Shown: positions 30,395 through 41,756, counted from the first letter of the stretch. The stretch is DNA of 64,000 nucleotides from Porphyridium purpureum (GCA_008690995.1 VRMN01000001.1:1364001-1428000), one strand, 5' to 3'. Made by a program: numbers and translations. The notes: generated by a model not told the origin, from the letters alone.

Positions 30395-31462
30395 ATGGCG
30401 CGACGAAAGCCCAAGGGGGTGCATGAGTATGCTCGACACATTGCGCGCATCAGCTGCGCGCAGCTCGTGCTGGCACAGGACCAGCAGATGCGAGGGGATG
30501 GCGGGTCTGGCACTGATGCAGGCGAAGCGCCCCTTGAAGGCTTGGAGGGTGTCAACATGAGTGTGCTAGAGACCATGGCGGATTTGCTGGAGGCATACAT
30601 TGTTCAGCTCGCCCGTCGAGCCGCGAGCTATGCCAACTTGTCGGGAAGGTCTGTGGCAAATGCGAATGACGTCTTAGTGGCTATTGCCGATTCGGCGAGT
30701 GTGACCAGCACCGACGTGAGAGATTTGTGCCTATACGCTGCATACGAGGAAGTGCCTTTCCCGAAAAAGATACATGGTGCCGAACAGACCTCTTTGACGG
30801 CGGTGGCTTCTCCTTCTTCTTCCTCGCGATTGCCCTTGTGCCAGCCGACGCCGGCGATTACTTTGACTCGAAAGGACAAGGACCCCTTGTCAGAGCGTCT
30901 GAAGCGTGCTTTGCTCCGTGACAGCATGTCTGGAGCGCCGCCTACGACGGGCGCGGGAGTGGGAGCGGGAGCCCAGGCGCAGAACGGCGGAACGAGCACG
31001 CATCAGCTCAACGAGAGATCCGGAATGCCGGGTGAAGGCCCGCATCTGGAACCGTGGATGCCCGCGCTTCCTCCACAGCATTGTTACATTGAAAGCGCGA
31101 TGTTCGCGAGATCCGGTGATCGCTTCGATCCTGACGCGCGGCCTGTGATCGATGTTGCTGAAGCGTCTCATCAAAAAAGACAGGCAGAACATGCGCTGAT
31201 CAAGTTTGCGTCAAGCTCAAAGCGCTCGCGAGGCGCTGTCGGGGTTGATGAGAATCCCTTTTGGGTTCCATCTCGTGTGTTGGACTTACACGAGGAAGTG
31301 CGCGATGCTCACCGTGACCGCCCCGAGAATATTGAGCTGTCGCGGAGCACTGCGGTGTTTGAGAAACAGGGTGCCGCGTATCGACCTGACCAGGGAGACG
31401 CGCGAGCGATTCAGGCCGAGCGTATTTTGAAGGAAAGTGCCGGGATCCATGAGCGGGAATGA
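30395..31462 (+). CDS. TAF8: TFIID subunit 8 (Bromo_TP histone fold plus TAF8_C)
   Basis: LETMADLLEAYIVQLARRAASYANLSGRS..N..DV and HLEPWMPALPPQHCY. Confidence 0.8.
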   Translation: MARRKPKGVHEYARHIARISCAQLVLAQDQQMRGDGGSGTDAGEAPLEGLEGVNMSVLETMADLLEAYIVQLARRAASYANLSGRSVANANDVLVAIADSASVTSTDVRDLCLYAAYEEVPFPKKIHGAEQTSLTAVASPSSSSRLPLCQPTPAITLTRKDKDPLSERLKRALLRDSMSGAPPTTGAGVGAGAQAQNGGTSTHQLNERSGMPGEGPHLEPWMPALPPQHCYIESAMFARSGDRFDPDARPVIDVAEASHQKRQAEHALIKFASSSKRSRGAVGVDENPFWVPSRVLDLHEEVRDAHRDRPENIELSRSTAVFEKQGAAYRPDQGDARAIQAERILKESAGIHERE

Positions 31463-31587
31463 GCTTTTACTCAGCACATGCACAAAAGAAAGAAGAATCG
31501 GAGGTCGGTTGTTTCAATCTCGTGCACGACGGTCTGCTTCCGAAATAGTATGACACGAACAAGCCAAGTGTTTGATCAGTGCGCCGC

Positions 31588-33645
31588 TTAGTAGCCTCCT
31601 CTACTTGGCGCAGACGTTGTGCGAACCATTGAGTCGTCAAGTAGGCGCCGCCGTTCGCCCACGCGATCCTCCGATCCATAACGTGCTGGTGTGAGAACGA
31701 AGTGGTCCAGTCGTAGTCGGTCGCGCATTCGTCCCCAGATTAGGTTTCCGTAATTTGGATGGTAATGCATCATCTCTTCGCGCACTTGATTCACGTTGAG
31801 CGGCATCCATCCAAATGAGCTCGCCATCAGTCCGCTGTCGACAATGTTACGGAGCACGTGAGGTTGCTCCAGTACAAAATCCTCGCTCCGTGTCGGAAAT
31901 GGAGATTGAAGCTCCCGACGCGCGCCGGGCACAAGGGAAGGCATCGATTGCGATGGTACCAAAGTGCCGGTGCCGCGCCGTCCGCGGCTTTGAGGCCCCG
32001 CAAACAGAGCATCCAGGAGCGTTTGCTCGTCATTGTCATGCAGAAAGCCGAGCGTTTCTTGTGCACCATGTTTGCTTCGCGGTTTCCCTCCTTCCTTTAC
32101 GAGTACCTCATCCCATACGTGCCAGTACGAAACGAGATTAATAAGCGTTGCGAGCAAAGCGAGAAGGAAAGCGGGCGAGTACGTGCCAGTGTGCTGGCGA
32201 ATCATCGCAGACATAACGGCCCCTGTTGCATTCCCAGCAAGTCCGTACGCAAAAAGAGTCGATTGGACTCGGCCTTGAAGATGCTTTTCGAAAAGGCGAG
32301 GAGCGAGGGAATAGAATCCGTTGAAGCTCCCTCCATACCCGAACCCAAAAAGGGTAGCAAATGCTGCCAAAGAAAAAGGCGAGGTGCACAGGTGCGGCCA
32401 GAATCGCATTTCCGCTGTGTTCAAATCCTGGCCTGTGTGTACGAAAAGCAAAGCTATACCACACGCTGTCACCACGAGTGTACCAAGAGTGATACGCAGC
32501 TGGTCGAAGTACGACGCAAGCACGCCACAGCCAAGCTTGCCAGTCATCCCTGAAAAGTTGAGAAGCACAAAGAAGAGCGAAGCGTACGCCAGGGTATAGT
32601 GCCGATCCGCTGTTATAAATATGAGAATATTCTCGCCAAAGCATCCGTAAGCGTACTGCAGCAACGCAAAGTTCAGAGCTGTCAGCAGAAAGTCTCTGCG
32701 CGTTTGCCATGAAATCGTCTCTTCTCGCGGCGTACCGTCAGCGTATGAGTCGGCCAGCAGCGCGACTGGAGACTGACCTGCCACGAACTGCGCGCGTTGC
32801 TCGTCGTTCGTGTGAGGGAGCTCCAGTGGCCCATCTGAGGGCGAACTTGCGCCACGTTCCAACAATTGGGTGACGGCTCTCAGCGAATCGTTTCCAGCAT
32901 CGTCCTGATCTGTAGCTTTTTCCATGGCGCCGAAACGGAATTCGCCATCGCTCGCTTGGAGATCCTGGGACAGTTCACGTGAAGTGAAGTCCTTCTCTTT
33001 CGTGAGCGATGCGTGACTGGTCCAGCGGCTGACCAGCGTGCCGGGATCTGCCGACGGAATGGAATTGTTCTCGAGAAATTCAAAGTACGCCAGGGGCAGC
33101 GCAAATAGCATCACCCAGGCCGCCATCAGCATCATGGACGTTCTCCAGTTGAACATATCTGCGAGTGGTGAAAGCGCCATGGGGGTTAGAACCCCACCCA
33201 ACGAAAACCCGGCCAGGACCATGCCAATACCGATACCAATATTTGTATGGAAGTACTGGGCCACCAGCACGCTGATTCCAGGAAGGCCACAAAGCGCTGC
33301 AAACATGGCCATGAACGTGTGCAAAATGAACAGCTCGAGTAAAGTGTGTGCGGCCCACGCGTAGACAATCAACACGCATGACAGCCCCACAAGGCCGACG
33401 AGGACACATAATCTCGGCCCGTAGTAATCCAGCAAGGACCCGCCCGGCACGAGAAAGAACGTGTACGCCAGCTTGCCCACTGAAATGGGAATCGGTCCCA
33501 TGGACACCGGCACCCCGACGCTTTGCACAATCAACGGCATGAGCGTGGTGGGCGTGAAGAAAAAGGCTGACGTCTGCGAAAAGTTGAGCAGCATGCACGC
33601 GACGCCTACGCGCCACTTGCGTCGATTCAGCTCATCAATCTCCAT
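31588..33645 (-). CDS. MFS transporter with a long central loop
   Basis: Two hydrophobic multi-TM halves; motif A-like GSLLDYYGPR. Confidence 0.88.
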   Translation of the reverse strand: MEIDELNRRKWRVGVACMLLNFSQTSAFFFTPTTLMPLIVQSVGVPVSMGPIPISVGKLAYTFFLVPGGSLLDYYGPRLCVLVGLVGLSCVLIVYAWAAHTLLELFILHTFMAMFAALCGLPGISVLVAQYFHTNIGIGIGMVLAGFSLGGVLTPMALSPLADMFNWRTSMMLMAAWVMLFALPLAYFEFLENNSIPSADPGTLVSRWTSHASLTKEKDFTSRELSQDLQASDGEFRFGAMEKATDQDDAGNDSLRAVTQLLERGASSPSDGPLELPHTNDEQRAQFVAGQSPVALLADSYADGTPREETISWQTRRDFLLTALNFALLQYAYGCFGENILIFITADRHYTLAYASLFFVLLNFSGMTGKLGCGVLASYFDQLRITLGTLVVTACGIALLFVHTGQDLNTAEMRFWPHLCTSPFSLAAFATLFGFGYGGSFNGFYSLAPRLFEKHLQGRVQSTLFAYGLAGNATGAVMSAMIRQHTGTYSPAFLLALLATLINLVSYWHVWDEVLVKEGGKPRSKHGAQETLGFLHDNDEQTLLDALFAGPQSRGRRGTGTLVPSQSMPSLVPGARRELQSPFPTRSEDFVLEQPHVLRNIVDSGLMASSFGWMPLNVNQVREEMMHYHPNYGNLIWGRMRDRLRLDHFVLTPARYGSEDRVGERRRLLDDSMVRTTSAPSRGGY

Positions 33646-33792
33646 TCTCCACCAGGTCGATCATTCACGCTGCGCTGTCCCCCAGACCACGAGCGTTGCA
33701 CCAACCGAACTTTGTCCACCGGTGCGACACCAGAAAGGTTGCGCGTGCGCGGAAACCGTTGGCCGTTGTCACCGCTGTTGTGGGTGATAAGT

Positions 33793-35619
33793 ATGCCACC
33801 AGGTAGCGCGTGGAGTACTGCGGCTATGCCGGCCGAAAAGGAGGATAGCACCGAGGCTGATGGCGACGGCGCAGAATCCGTGCGTGTATTTCCGGGAAAG
33901 CGCCGCAAAGTTGACGACGTGCACGATCGTATGACCGGGTGCATGGAAAGTGGCCGTGTCGATGACGCCAATGTTGCCGCTGCCCCTGCCGCACGCGCAA
34001 ATGGTTCCCCGCACATTGGCAATGCGTGTGGAGAGGTGGACGGGAATGTAGCTAGGGGGGCAGCGCAACGTGCGAAGCCAGACTTGGCCGAATTGGAGGC
34101 TCCCGTCAAGCCCGAGTATGTGCTCCGTGTGGTCAAGCAGGAGGATGGATTGATCCGGGCGGTCGGCTTGACCGCCCATGATAAGGATCTCTCGGAGTAT
34201 CGCCAGTTGATGGATGTCACGGCGTGGACGAGCAGTACGCAAGCAGGCCGAACAGACGAGATGAATGGAAACGAAGCGGAAAAGTCAAAAGCAGCGGCAT
34301 GGAAGCGGGAGACGAACACTGATCAGACCAATTTTCTCAGCAGAGAAGTGATGGTTGGGCTGCGAAAGAAAAAGCATCCGTTCCCGCGTTATGAGAATTT
34401 CCAGAAAGACTACAAAGAGTACCGCAAGGCCATCGATAGAAGCGAGGCGCGAAATAATCTGGCATCGCCCACGGGCCCCGTATGGGCACCGTGTGCGGAC
34501 GATAGGCGCGCCGCCGATCTTGTGAAGCACAAGCGATTTCTTGCGCCCCTCACCACAGTCGGGAATCTGCCCTTTCGACGCGTATGCATCGGGTTGGGTG
34601 CAAACATGACGTGCGGGGAAATGGCTACCGCATTTAATCTCCTGCAAGGTGGTGCGTCAGAGTGGGCCCTACTTCGGCGGCACAAGGATGAGCGATTTTT
34701 CGGCGTGCAGCTTGCAGGCAACAACTGCGACCTCCTCGCCCGCGCAGCCGAGCTGGTGGCGTCTGAGTGCCAAGTCGACTTTATTGATTTGAACGCTGCG
34801 TGTCCTATCGATGTCATCACAAAACGCGGGGCAGGGTGTAGTTTGATGAGCAAGAAGGAACGCCTGCGCGAAATTTGCATGGGAATGAGCCACGTGGCCG
34901 GGGGTTCGATTCCATTGTCCGTGAAATTTCGCATTGGCGAGGACGAGGCGAAGCCAAACGCGCATACGCTTATCCCAATCATTCGAGCAGCCGGCGCGAG
35001 TTGGGTGACGATACACGGCCGGAGCAAGAAGCAACGGTATTCGAAAGCGGCAAATTGGGACTACCTGCTGAACAAGTGCGCGCCGGTAGCTCGCGAGGTC
35101 GGGCTTGGCTTCATCCCAAATGGAGACGTTTATTCGTACCATGATATTGACTATGAAGCCATGGACAGCGGCAAGTACTCGACTGTGATGGTGGCGCGGG
35201 GTGCGCTGATCAAGCCTTGGATCTTCACGGAAATTGAGGAGCGTCGTGATTGGGATATTTCAGCCACAGAGCGTCTGGAGCTGTATAAGGACTTTTGCAG
35301 GTTTGGCTTGGACCATTGGGGCGCCGACGCACGCGGAATCGACCGGACGCGCAAATTTCTGCTTGAGTGGATGAGTTTTGCGTGCAGATATGTTCCGATT
35401 GGTCTTCTGGAGCGCGTGCCAATAACTATGCGGCAGCGCGTGCCCCCACTGAAAGGGCGTAATCAGTTGGAAACGATGCTTGCATCCCAAGAGCCTGCAG
35501 ACTGGGTCAAACTCAGCGAGGCGATGCTGGGACCGGTCACCTCGGATTTTTCCTTCACGCCCAAGCACAAGAGTGACGCGTGGAAGGTCAGCGCGGAAAC
35601 GCTCCAAGAAAATGGATGA
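33793..35619 (+). CDS. DUS3: tRNA-dihydrouridine(47) synthase
   Basis: LAPLTTVGNLPFRR, TCGEMA, SEWALLRRH, DFIDLNAACPID, HGRSKKQRYSK, GALIKPWIFTEI, GLDHWG. Confidence 0.96.
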   Translation: MPPGSAWSTAAMPAEKEDSTEADGDGAESVRVFPGKRRKVDDVHDRMTGCMESGRVDDANVAAAPAARANGSPHIGNACGEVDGNVARGAAQRAKPDLAELEAPVKPEYVLRVVKQEDGLIRAVGLTAHDKDLSEYRQLMDVTAWTSSTQAGRTDEMNGNEAEKSKAAAWKRETNTDQTNFLSREVMVGLRKKKHPFPRYENFQKDYKEYRKAIDRSEARNNLASPTGPVWAPCADDRRAADLVKHKRFLAPLTTVGNLPFRRVCIGLGANMTCGEMATAFNLLQGGASEWALLRRHKDERFFGVQLAGNNCDLLARAAELVASECQVDFIDLNAACPIDVITKRGAGCSLMSKKERLREICMGMSHVAGGSIPLSVKFRIGEDEAKPNAHTLIPIIRAAGASWVTIHGRSKKQRYSKAANWDYLLNKCAPVAREVGLGFIPNGDVYSYHDIDYEAMDSGKYSTVMVARGALIKPWIFTEIEERRDWDISATERLELYKDFCRFGLDHWGADARGIDRTRKFLLEWMSFACRYVPIGLLERVPITMRQRVPPLKGRNQLETMLASQEPADWVKLSEAMLGPVTSDFSFTPKHKSDAWKVSAETLQENG

Positions 35620-35812
35620 AATCACCTCGGCCAGCTTCTTCTGTTCCCGTCCGCGCATTTATCTTAAGCTAAAAAAGGAACGAGAAAATACTTTACCTAT
35701 CGTCTCTCGTTTGGAACGCGTAATGGGGTCCCAGAAGTGCTCGGCGCCTTGCGAGTCCCAATTCACTCGTCAAAGTGAGTTACACGATATGCGATGAGCC
35801 TCCGCGGAACCT

Positions 35813-37318
35813 CTACAACTTGGCCTTCGCGCCACCGTACTGGCGCATGAACTTGGCGTGAAACGAAGTAAATCGCTCAATAATATCGTCAAACATAGAC
35901 TCTGGCGGCAGGATGGTGGTGCGAAAATGGAACGTGCTGTCCTTTTGACCGAATCCGCTGCCCGGGACCACGCAGATGCCCGTTTGGTCAAGGAGCTCCA
36001 GGCAGTAAAACTCGTCCGGCTTGTGGCCCGCTTGCCTCGCGGCCTCAATCGCAGCGGGTGGAAGCGTGATTTGCGGGAACGCATACATACTGGACGTGAC
36101 CTCTGTGCACTGGACACCCTCCATCGTGTTAAACGTTCGCGCAAGCCTCAATGCTCTGCGCTTGAGCGACTCGATGATGCTGTTCATTTCCATGTTGTAC
36201 AGCGGGAACGATGGGTCGCCAGGTACTGGCGGCTGACACATGAGACCCACGTAAATCTGCCCGTCCACGTTGGAGCTCAGATTCATGGAAAGCAATTTGT
36301 AGATTTCATCGACCACTTTCGAGTCGACGTTCACAACCTCAAAGTACGCACCGCGCCTTCCGCACTCTCCTAGTGCTCCCTTGCTGACCGTATTGAAGGA
36401 AACGAGCTCCGTGCTGCACTGCGCGCTGCCACCCAACTCGCCAAGTGCCTTCTTGAAGGAAATAAAGGGCCTCGTATCGGGCTTGTAGATGTTGGTCTGA
36501 TACACCTCGTCTGCAAAGAGGACGACGCGCCTCCTCGCGCACCACATCAGCACGTCCTTGAGGTTTTCCATGGTGAGGCACATTCCGGTTGGATTACCCG
36601 GGTTGATGACCACGATAATGCGCGGCGTCACGCCGGACGCGACCGCGTCATTGTACGCGCGGTCGAGCTCAGCAATGTCCATGCCCCACTCGTTGCTCTC
36701 ATCCAAAAAGTAGCCCACCTTGGTGCCGTTCATGACCTCGACTGTGGCCGAGTAAAGCGGGTATTGTGGAATGGGCATCATGACTCCGTCATGGCGCCCA
36801 CGGATTGCGGTGCGCATGCAGAGGGTGATTCCGACGCCCGCGCCGTCGGTCAAAAAGACAGAGTCTGGGTCGGCCGGAAAGCCGTCGCGGCGCGTGATGA
36901 AGTCTGCGACCTGCTTGCGCACGAGGGCGTTTCCGCGCGAGTCCTGGTACGCGCCGGTGGAACCCACCGCTGCTAGGTACTCCTGCGCGCGCTGCACGGC
37001 GTCGCTGGGAATGCCGAGGCTCTTTGCGCGCTCCATGAGCGGCGGATGGGTGACGAGCGCCAGCACCTGGCGCGGAAACGTGATGGGCTTCTGCCCGAGT
37101 GCCTGCGGGTTCCCGACATTTGTCAGAATGACCTGCTTGCCGGCCTTGCTGCGCGCCTGTGCCGCGGCGTACAACTTGCCGCGCACCGCGTACTCTGCCT
37201 GCACCACATTCTGGTTGATCGAGTCCCTCGTCAGCACATGTCCACTGCCGCCGGCGCCACCCAGCTCCTGTCGCACCATCACCAGTTTCCCCTCCATTCC
37301 TCCCGTTCGTCCCTCCAT
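35813..37318 (-). CDS. Alanine aminotransferase / glutamate:glyoxylate aminotransferase
   Basis: EYAVRG, TNVGNPQALGQKPITFPRQV, PIPQYPLYSA, INPGNPTG, ADEVYQ, VSKG..GECGRRG, VPGSGFGQ..FHFRTTILP. Confidence 0.96.
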   Translation of the reverse strand: MEGRTGGMEGKLVMVRQELGGAGGSGHVLTRDSINQNVVQAEYAVRGKLYAAAQARSKAGKQVILTNVGNPQALGQKPITFPRQVLALVTHPPLMERAKSLGIPSDAVQRAQEYLAAVGSTGAYQDSRGNALVRKQVADFITRRDGFPADPDSVFLTDGAGVGITLCMRTAIRGRHDGVMMPIPQYPLYSATVEVMNGTKVGYFLDESNEWGMDIAELDRAYNDAVASGVTPRIIVVINPGNPTGMCLTMENLKDVLMWCARRRVVLFADEVYQTNIYKPDTRPFISFKKALGELGGSAQCSTELVSFNTVSKGALGECGRRGAYFEVVNVDSKVVDEIYKLLSMNLSSNVDGQIYVGLMCQPPVPGDPSFPLYNMEMNSIIESLKRRALRLARTFNTMEGVQCTEVTSSMYAFPQITLPPAAIEAARQAGHKPDEFYCLELLDQTGICVVPGSGFGQKDSTFHFRTTILPPESMFDDIIERFTSFHAKFMRQYGGAKAKL

Positions 37319-37801
37319 CCGTCCGCCCCTCTCCACTCTCTTGCCCCGAGTCCCCTCCAACGCCCATCTGCGCTATTTCGCCCGCATCACCCACCTGCCC
37401 CCACCATGCCCGGAGCTCAAACCGCCACGCACAGAACACCCGCCGCCCGCGCGCCGCCCTACCAAAATGCAATCACCATTCGGAGTACAGTGCGTTCCTT
37501 CTGCAGCGCGCGTTTCCGTCGTACACGTGACTCACCACTGTACCTAAAACCAGCGCCAAACCGTGAAGCGGTTTCGGGTGTCTCGGACCGACATGAACCG
37601 GCAAGCACGTCGACGTGCGCGACGGCTGGTGTTGCTGTTGTTCCTGTTGGTGCTGGTGTGGCTTGTCGGGGTCTTGGGTCTCGGCTTTCGGTTCACGCTG
37701 CGACGCGCGGCATGCGCTGATAAGCCGAACTGCAAGTGCGCCACGATTATTCCACGCGCACGCGCGGCGCAGATTCTCTCTTTTGTGTCTGTGTGTCTTC
37801 C

Positions 37802-37803
<2 letters not shown>

Positions 37804-37835
<32 letters not shown>
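37804..37835 (+). repeat. (TG)n microsatellite
   Basis: Run of about 16 TG units. Confidence 0.9.
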
Positions 37836-37839
<4 letters not shown>

Positions 37840-38248
37840 AGCCAGATTCGGACGGCATGGCAGAGATGTATGGAGAAAGCGCGGTTTGCAAGTAGCGTTT
37901 ACACGTGTGCTGCACGATCTGCGGCACGCACCAAATCTGCAATCGTTTCCAATCTTCACGCCTGTTGCTGTTGCTGCTGCGGCTGCTCGGTGACGGTGAT
38001 TGCGGTGGTGCTGAGCATCACGGTGATGACGCAATACAAGAGAACAGGGAGAACGGGGAGAACAAGAAGAAGACGACGAGGGGGAAGAGAACTAGGCGTG
38101 GTGGTGTAGATGGTGGGGTTGTTGAGAGACAGAGGGTCATATGCTGAGACCTCCACAGAGTGAATAGGGACGGATACACAGAGAGAAAGAGAGAGGCAGA
38201 GACTAGGTGAAGGTTGGGCGTGACGGAGGGGAGGACAAGGCGGATGAC

Positions 38249-39079
38249 ATGAGCGCGATGGCGTTCGCGGTCGGCGTTTCGGGCGCATGTGGCGTCGGCG
38301 CGTGGGGCACGCGCGCATCGCGCGCGGTGGGAATTGGGGCGGATGCCGCGGCGCGAGGGCTGGCGTCGTGCGCGAGGAGCGGTGGCGCGCAGCCTGCTCG
38401 CGCCGCAGTGCGTGCCGCGCCGCCGCGTGCACAGGCAGACCAGGCGGCCAGTGAGGTGAGTAATGCAGTCAGTGCGGACGCCGCCAGCAGTAAAGGCGCC
38501 CAGCAGGCGCCGCTCAAGCGCGCCGCAGTGCTCAGGAACTTTCTGCTCTTCGCGTTCTACTTTGTCGCGCTCATGGGCGTCGTGGGCCGCGCTACCATGG
38601 AAAAGTCCTTACCGCACGAGCGCATCATCCTCGTCGCGCTGGCGGTCATTTTGCCAGATCTCGCCCGCTTTTCGTTCGTGGGCATGTCTATTTCACCAAA
38701 CGCGCTGCGCAAGGCGAGGAATCCGAACAATGTCGATGCAGAGCTTTTCCCGCGGCACTATGCGTTATGTACACTCACCACCTCGCTCAAACTGATCGGC
38801 TTTTATCTCGCAGCGTTCTTGAACGTCCCGCTGGGCGCGTTTGTGGTCATTCTCGGACAGTGCGTGGTGAATGGATTTATTCAGCTCCGTCTTGTGAATG
38901 GAAAGCTGTTCCAGCTCAGACGCCAGGACCGTTCGGGTGCCTTGCTCATGGAACTGGTCATGCTCGTCATGCTGGCGTGTGTGTCGTTCAACCAATTTCC
39001 AATCATGATGGCGTCGCTCTTCCTCAGCATGGCCACGGCATACTGGCTTGGCAAGTACGACTGCCAGCTCTTTGCTTGA
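38249..39079 (+). CDS. Hypothetical multi-pass membrane protein, probably plastid-targeted
   Basis: MAFAVG.. Ala/Arg-rich leader followed by about 6 hydrophobic helices. Confidence 0.7.
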   Translation: MSAMAFAVGVSGACGVGAWGTRASRAVGIGADAAARGLASCARSGGAQPARAAVRAAPPRAQADQAASEVSNAVSADAASSKGAQQAPLKRAAVLRNFLLFAFYFVALMGVVGRATMEKSLPHERIILVALAVILPDLARFSFVGMSISPNALRKARNPNNVDAELFPRHYALCTLTTSLKLIGFYLAAFLNVPLGAFVVILGQCVVNGFIQLRLVNGKLFQLRRQDRSGALLMELVMLVMLACVSFNQFPIMMASLFLSMATAYWLGKYDCQLFA

Positions 39080-39384
39080 TCAATCTGCGACGCGAAACAC
39101 TCGTGCCCAGGCTACAGTGGAAATCCCTGCACACGTGCCGTAGGCCTTTGCAAAGTCGACATCGTAAATAAATGTGCTCCAGGAGTGGCGAACCGAGAAC
39201 AGGCCAAAATGATGGAATCAGTCCACAGCGACTCGCACTCTGGCCGCCGCGAACACAGTTGTGCATATCATCGGATCTGCCGCAGTCCAACGCACGGGCA
39301 GGGGTCAGAAGGATTGTTTGATCGTACCTGATTGGTACCGTGAGCATCGTGCTGGCCTTCACTCGACCTGGGGGCCGTTGTGTG

Positions 39385-40233
39385 ATGGAAGTGACGCTGT
39401 GGTCCATCTTGGGATGGACTTCGAACCGAATCGCACCGCAGGACTTGCAGGATGTGCTCGTGTGTAGCGATCTTCAGTGCTCGGGCGGCGGCGCCTTTGT
39501 GCTGCACCAGCTGGCGGCGGCCGCTCTGTTTTCTGGATTTCGGGTGTGCGTGGTCAGTACAGAGCACAGCCCAAACCACTACATCCACGTGCTGCGGCGG
39601 CTCGGGCTGAAACTCAGCTCAGCTCGATACAAGAACACAATCAGTTTTATCGAGGTGCTCGGGAATAAAGCTTCGGCAGGCGCGGCGGCTTCTGCCTCTC
39701 CGTCCGTAGCCGTTGCTGACATGGAGCGAGCAAAGGGCGCAAAGCAGCATGCCGATGAAGCACAACCGTTCATCAGCAGCTGGACAAGTATTGAGCAGAT
39801 CGATGATATGCGCGCTTTGTTTCAAGCTGTGCGCGACGTGGTTACGAGGCCGGATGGTGACCGGAGTAAGCCCTGCGTGTTTATATTTGATAATTTGACG
39901 ACCTTGTCGTGCATGTGGGCGGGTCCATCTGGGACGCGCGACTGTGCACCGATTCACTTCTTTTCGTACTGGGACGAGTACGTCAAGGCCGAGTTTCCAG
40001 ATACGTACTTTGCCGTGGCCTCCATTGCGCAGGATGCTTGCGCAAGCGCAGATATCGAAGCGCTGGCTTCCCATTTCGAAACAATGTTACAGCTTCGCGG
40101 CTTGACAACGGGCAAATCGCTCGAGATTGATGGTCAAATGTCCTGTCTGAAGTTACGCGGTCGCTTGCCGGAGCAGTCGCCTACGATTCTGTACAGAATT
40201 GGGGACAGCGGCGTGAAATACGTGCAGGCTTGA
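39385..40233 (+). CDS. ELP6: Elongator complex subunit 6-like
   Basis: GAFVLHQL, HSPNHYIHVLRRLGLKL, FIFDNL, LRGLTTGKSLEIDGQM, LYRIGDSGVKY. Confidence 0.8.
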   Translation: MEVTLWSILGWTSNRIAPQDLQDVLVCSDLQCSGGGAFVLHQLAAAALFSGFRVCVVSTEHSPNHYIHVLRRLGLKLSSARYKNTISFIEVLGNKASAGAAASASPSVAVADMERAKGAKQHADEAQPFISSWTSIEQIDDMRALFQAVRDVVTRPDGDRSKPCVFIFDNLTTLSCMWAGPSGTRDCAPIHFFSYWDEYVKAEFPDTYFAVASIAQDACASADIEALASHFETMLQLRGLTTGKSLEIDGQMSCLKLRGRLPEQSPTILYRIGDSGVKYVQA

Positions 40234-40358
40234 ATGACGTATGACGCAGCCCTAGAATTTCGGGAAGTCCAAGCAGTCCTTTGCTTGCATGTCCCTCGTT
40301 CCGTGTTTCCCCTGGGCAAAGCAACCACGCAGGGAAGACCAAAAAACGCATGCATCAA

Positions 40359-41756
40359 TCAGACAGTTAGAAACCTGCCATCCCCAACATCGCGCACCGC
40401 TCGTGTGATGCGGAGAATAGAAGATCTGTTGATTGGACCGTATATGTGCGGCATGCGCGGAACATGAAGAACTGTGCCGTTCTGATCTGGCGCTGCCGGA
40501 TTGATCGGGTGCGCAGGCGCTTCGTACTCTACCAACGAATTCAGGCATTCTTCGTCGATCTCGAGCACCACAAAGCCCATATCCGCCGCGCTCTGGGCGT
40601 AAAAGCTATTGGCCACGTTTAGCAATGCTTTCCGGTCCGGGCAACAATGGATGAATTTAAGGGTGTCCAGGTCCGGCGTTCGGTAGACTTCGCTGCTCGT
40701 GACTTCCTGCAGGTTCCACCAGGCTTCATCTACCAGGTGGTATATCAACGACGAGCACGCGTCGAACGACGACTGTGCATGGTCTGAATTCTCGGTCAAG
40801 GGAAGTACGAGCGACTGTTGGCGGGTAACGATGCTTGCTGGGGGGTTTAAGATATCGTGTGCGCTCTGCACTAGCCGCAGTTCAGGATTGCGGCACAAAC
40901 CGCCAACACGTGGAGCATGAAAAGTGCGCTTAAGAACGGCCCCAACTGAGGCCATGGCAAGCTCAGTCGCTCGGCGCAGCGAGTTTGGGAATTCGCACGA
41001 TCGAGCCAAGATGAGCGCAGCGGACAAGTCGCCCGATCCAGTAAATGTGCATGGCAGACGATCAACTTCAAAGCTTGTTTGAGCCCAGCTGCCGCGCTTG
41101 CGGCGTTCGGACGTGAAGACCATGAGTTTCCCTTCTTCAATATCGTCAACGCTGGTCACCACGATGCGAGGCACTCCGTGTCTTTCGTGAAGGAGCCCGC
41201 ACGCCGTGAATACGTCTACTGCGGTCCTGATAGGCGTCTGTGCAAGTAACTCGAGCTCGAACGCATTCGGGGTCAGAATCGATGCGCGACAGATCACGCG
41301 GGTTCGGTAGATCTCAATCAGGGCTTCGGGCACGTACAGCTTGCCATTATCACCGAGTACCGGATCACACACATACGAAAGTCTGTTTCGCTCACCAGTC
41401 GAGCCGTTCTGGACGTCGCACTGCTTCTCAAGTGTGTCCAGCAGAGCGACGATGGCCTCAAGGAACGACTCGGAACCAATGTATCCTGTGAGCAAATGCG
41501 TGATCTGCCCCAGCAGACCATTTGCCCCCATGCCAAGCACGAGAGCGTCCAACTCTTGGCCGCTCATGCGGGTCCCGGTCCACTTTTTCTCGTACCCCGT
41601 GTGGTTGGAGAACTGCACCGAGTTGATCACATCGACGTCAAAGCCGAGCAGCTGCAGCGGAAACACTGCGGCCTTGTTTCCGACATATCCCGACACGACG
41701 TGGCTCTGCACAGACAGAACGCGCTGTCCCAATCCGATCGTATTGCCGGTCGCCAT
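40359..41756 (-). CDS. pdxK: Pyridoxal kinase with a C-terminal DUF952-like domain
   Basis: RVLSVQSHVVSGYVGNKAAVFPLQLLG, QFSNHTGY, VCDPVLGD, TPNAFE, FTGSGD; tail IYHL..FIHC..PHIYGPIN. Confidence 0.93.
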   Translation of the reverse strand: MATGNTIGLGQRVLSVQSHVVSGYVGNKAAVFPLQLLGFDVDVINSVQFSNHTGYEKKWTGTRMSGQELDALVLGMGANGLLGQITHLLTGYIGSESFLEAIVALLDTLEKQCDVQNGSTGERNRLSYVCDPVLGDNGKLYVPEALIEIYRTRVICRASILTPNAFELELLAQTPIRTAVDVFTACGLLHERHGVPRIVVTSVDDIEEGKLMVFTSERRKRGSWAQTSFEVDRLPCTFTGSGDLSAALILARSCEFPNSLRRATELAMASVGAVLKRTFHAPRVGGLCRNPELRLVQSAHDILNPPASIVTRQQSLVLPLTENSDHAQSSFDACSSLIYHLVDEAWWNLQEVTSSEVYRTPDLDTLKFIHCCPDRKALLNVANSFYAQSAADMGFVVLEIDEECLNSLVEYEAPAHPINPAAPDQNGTVLHVPRMPHIYGPINRSSILRITRAVRDVGDGRFLTV

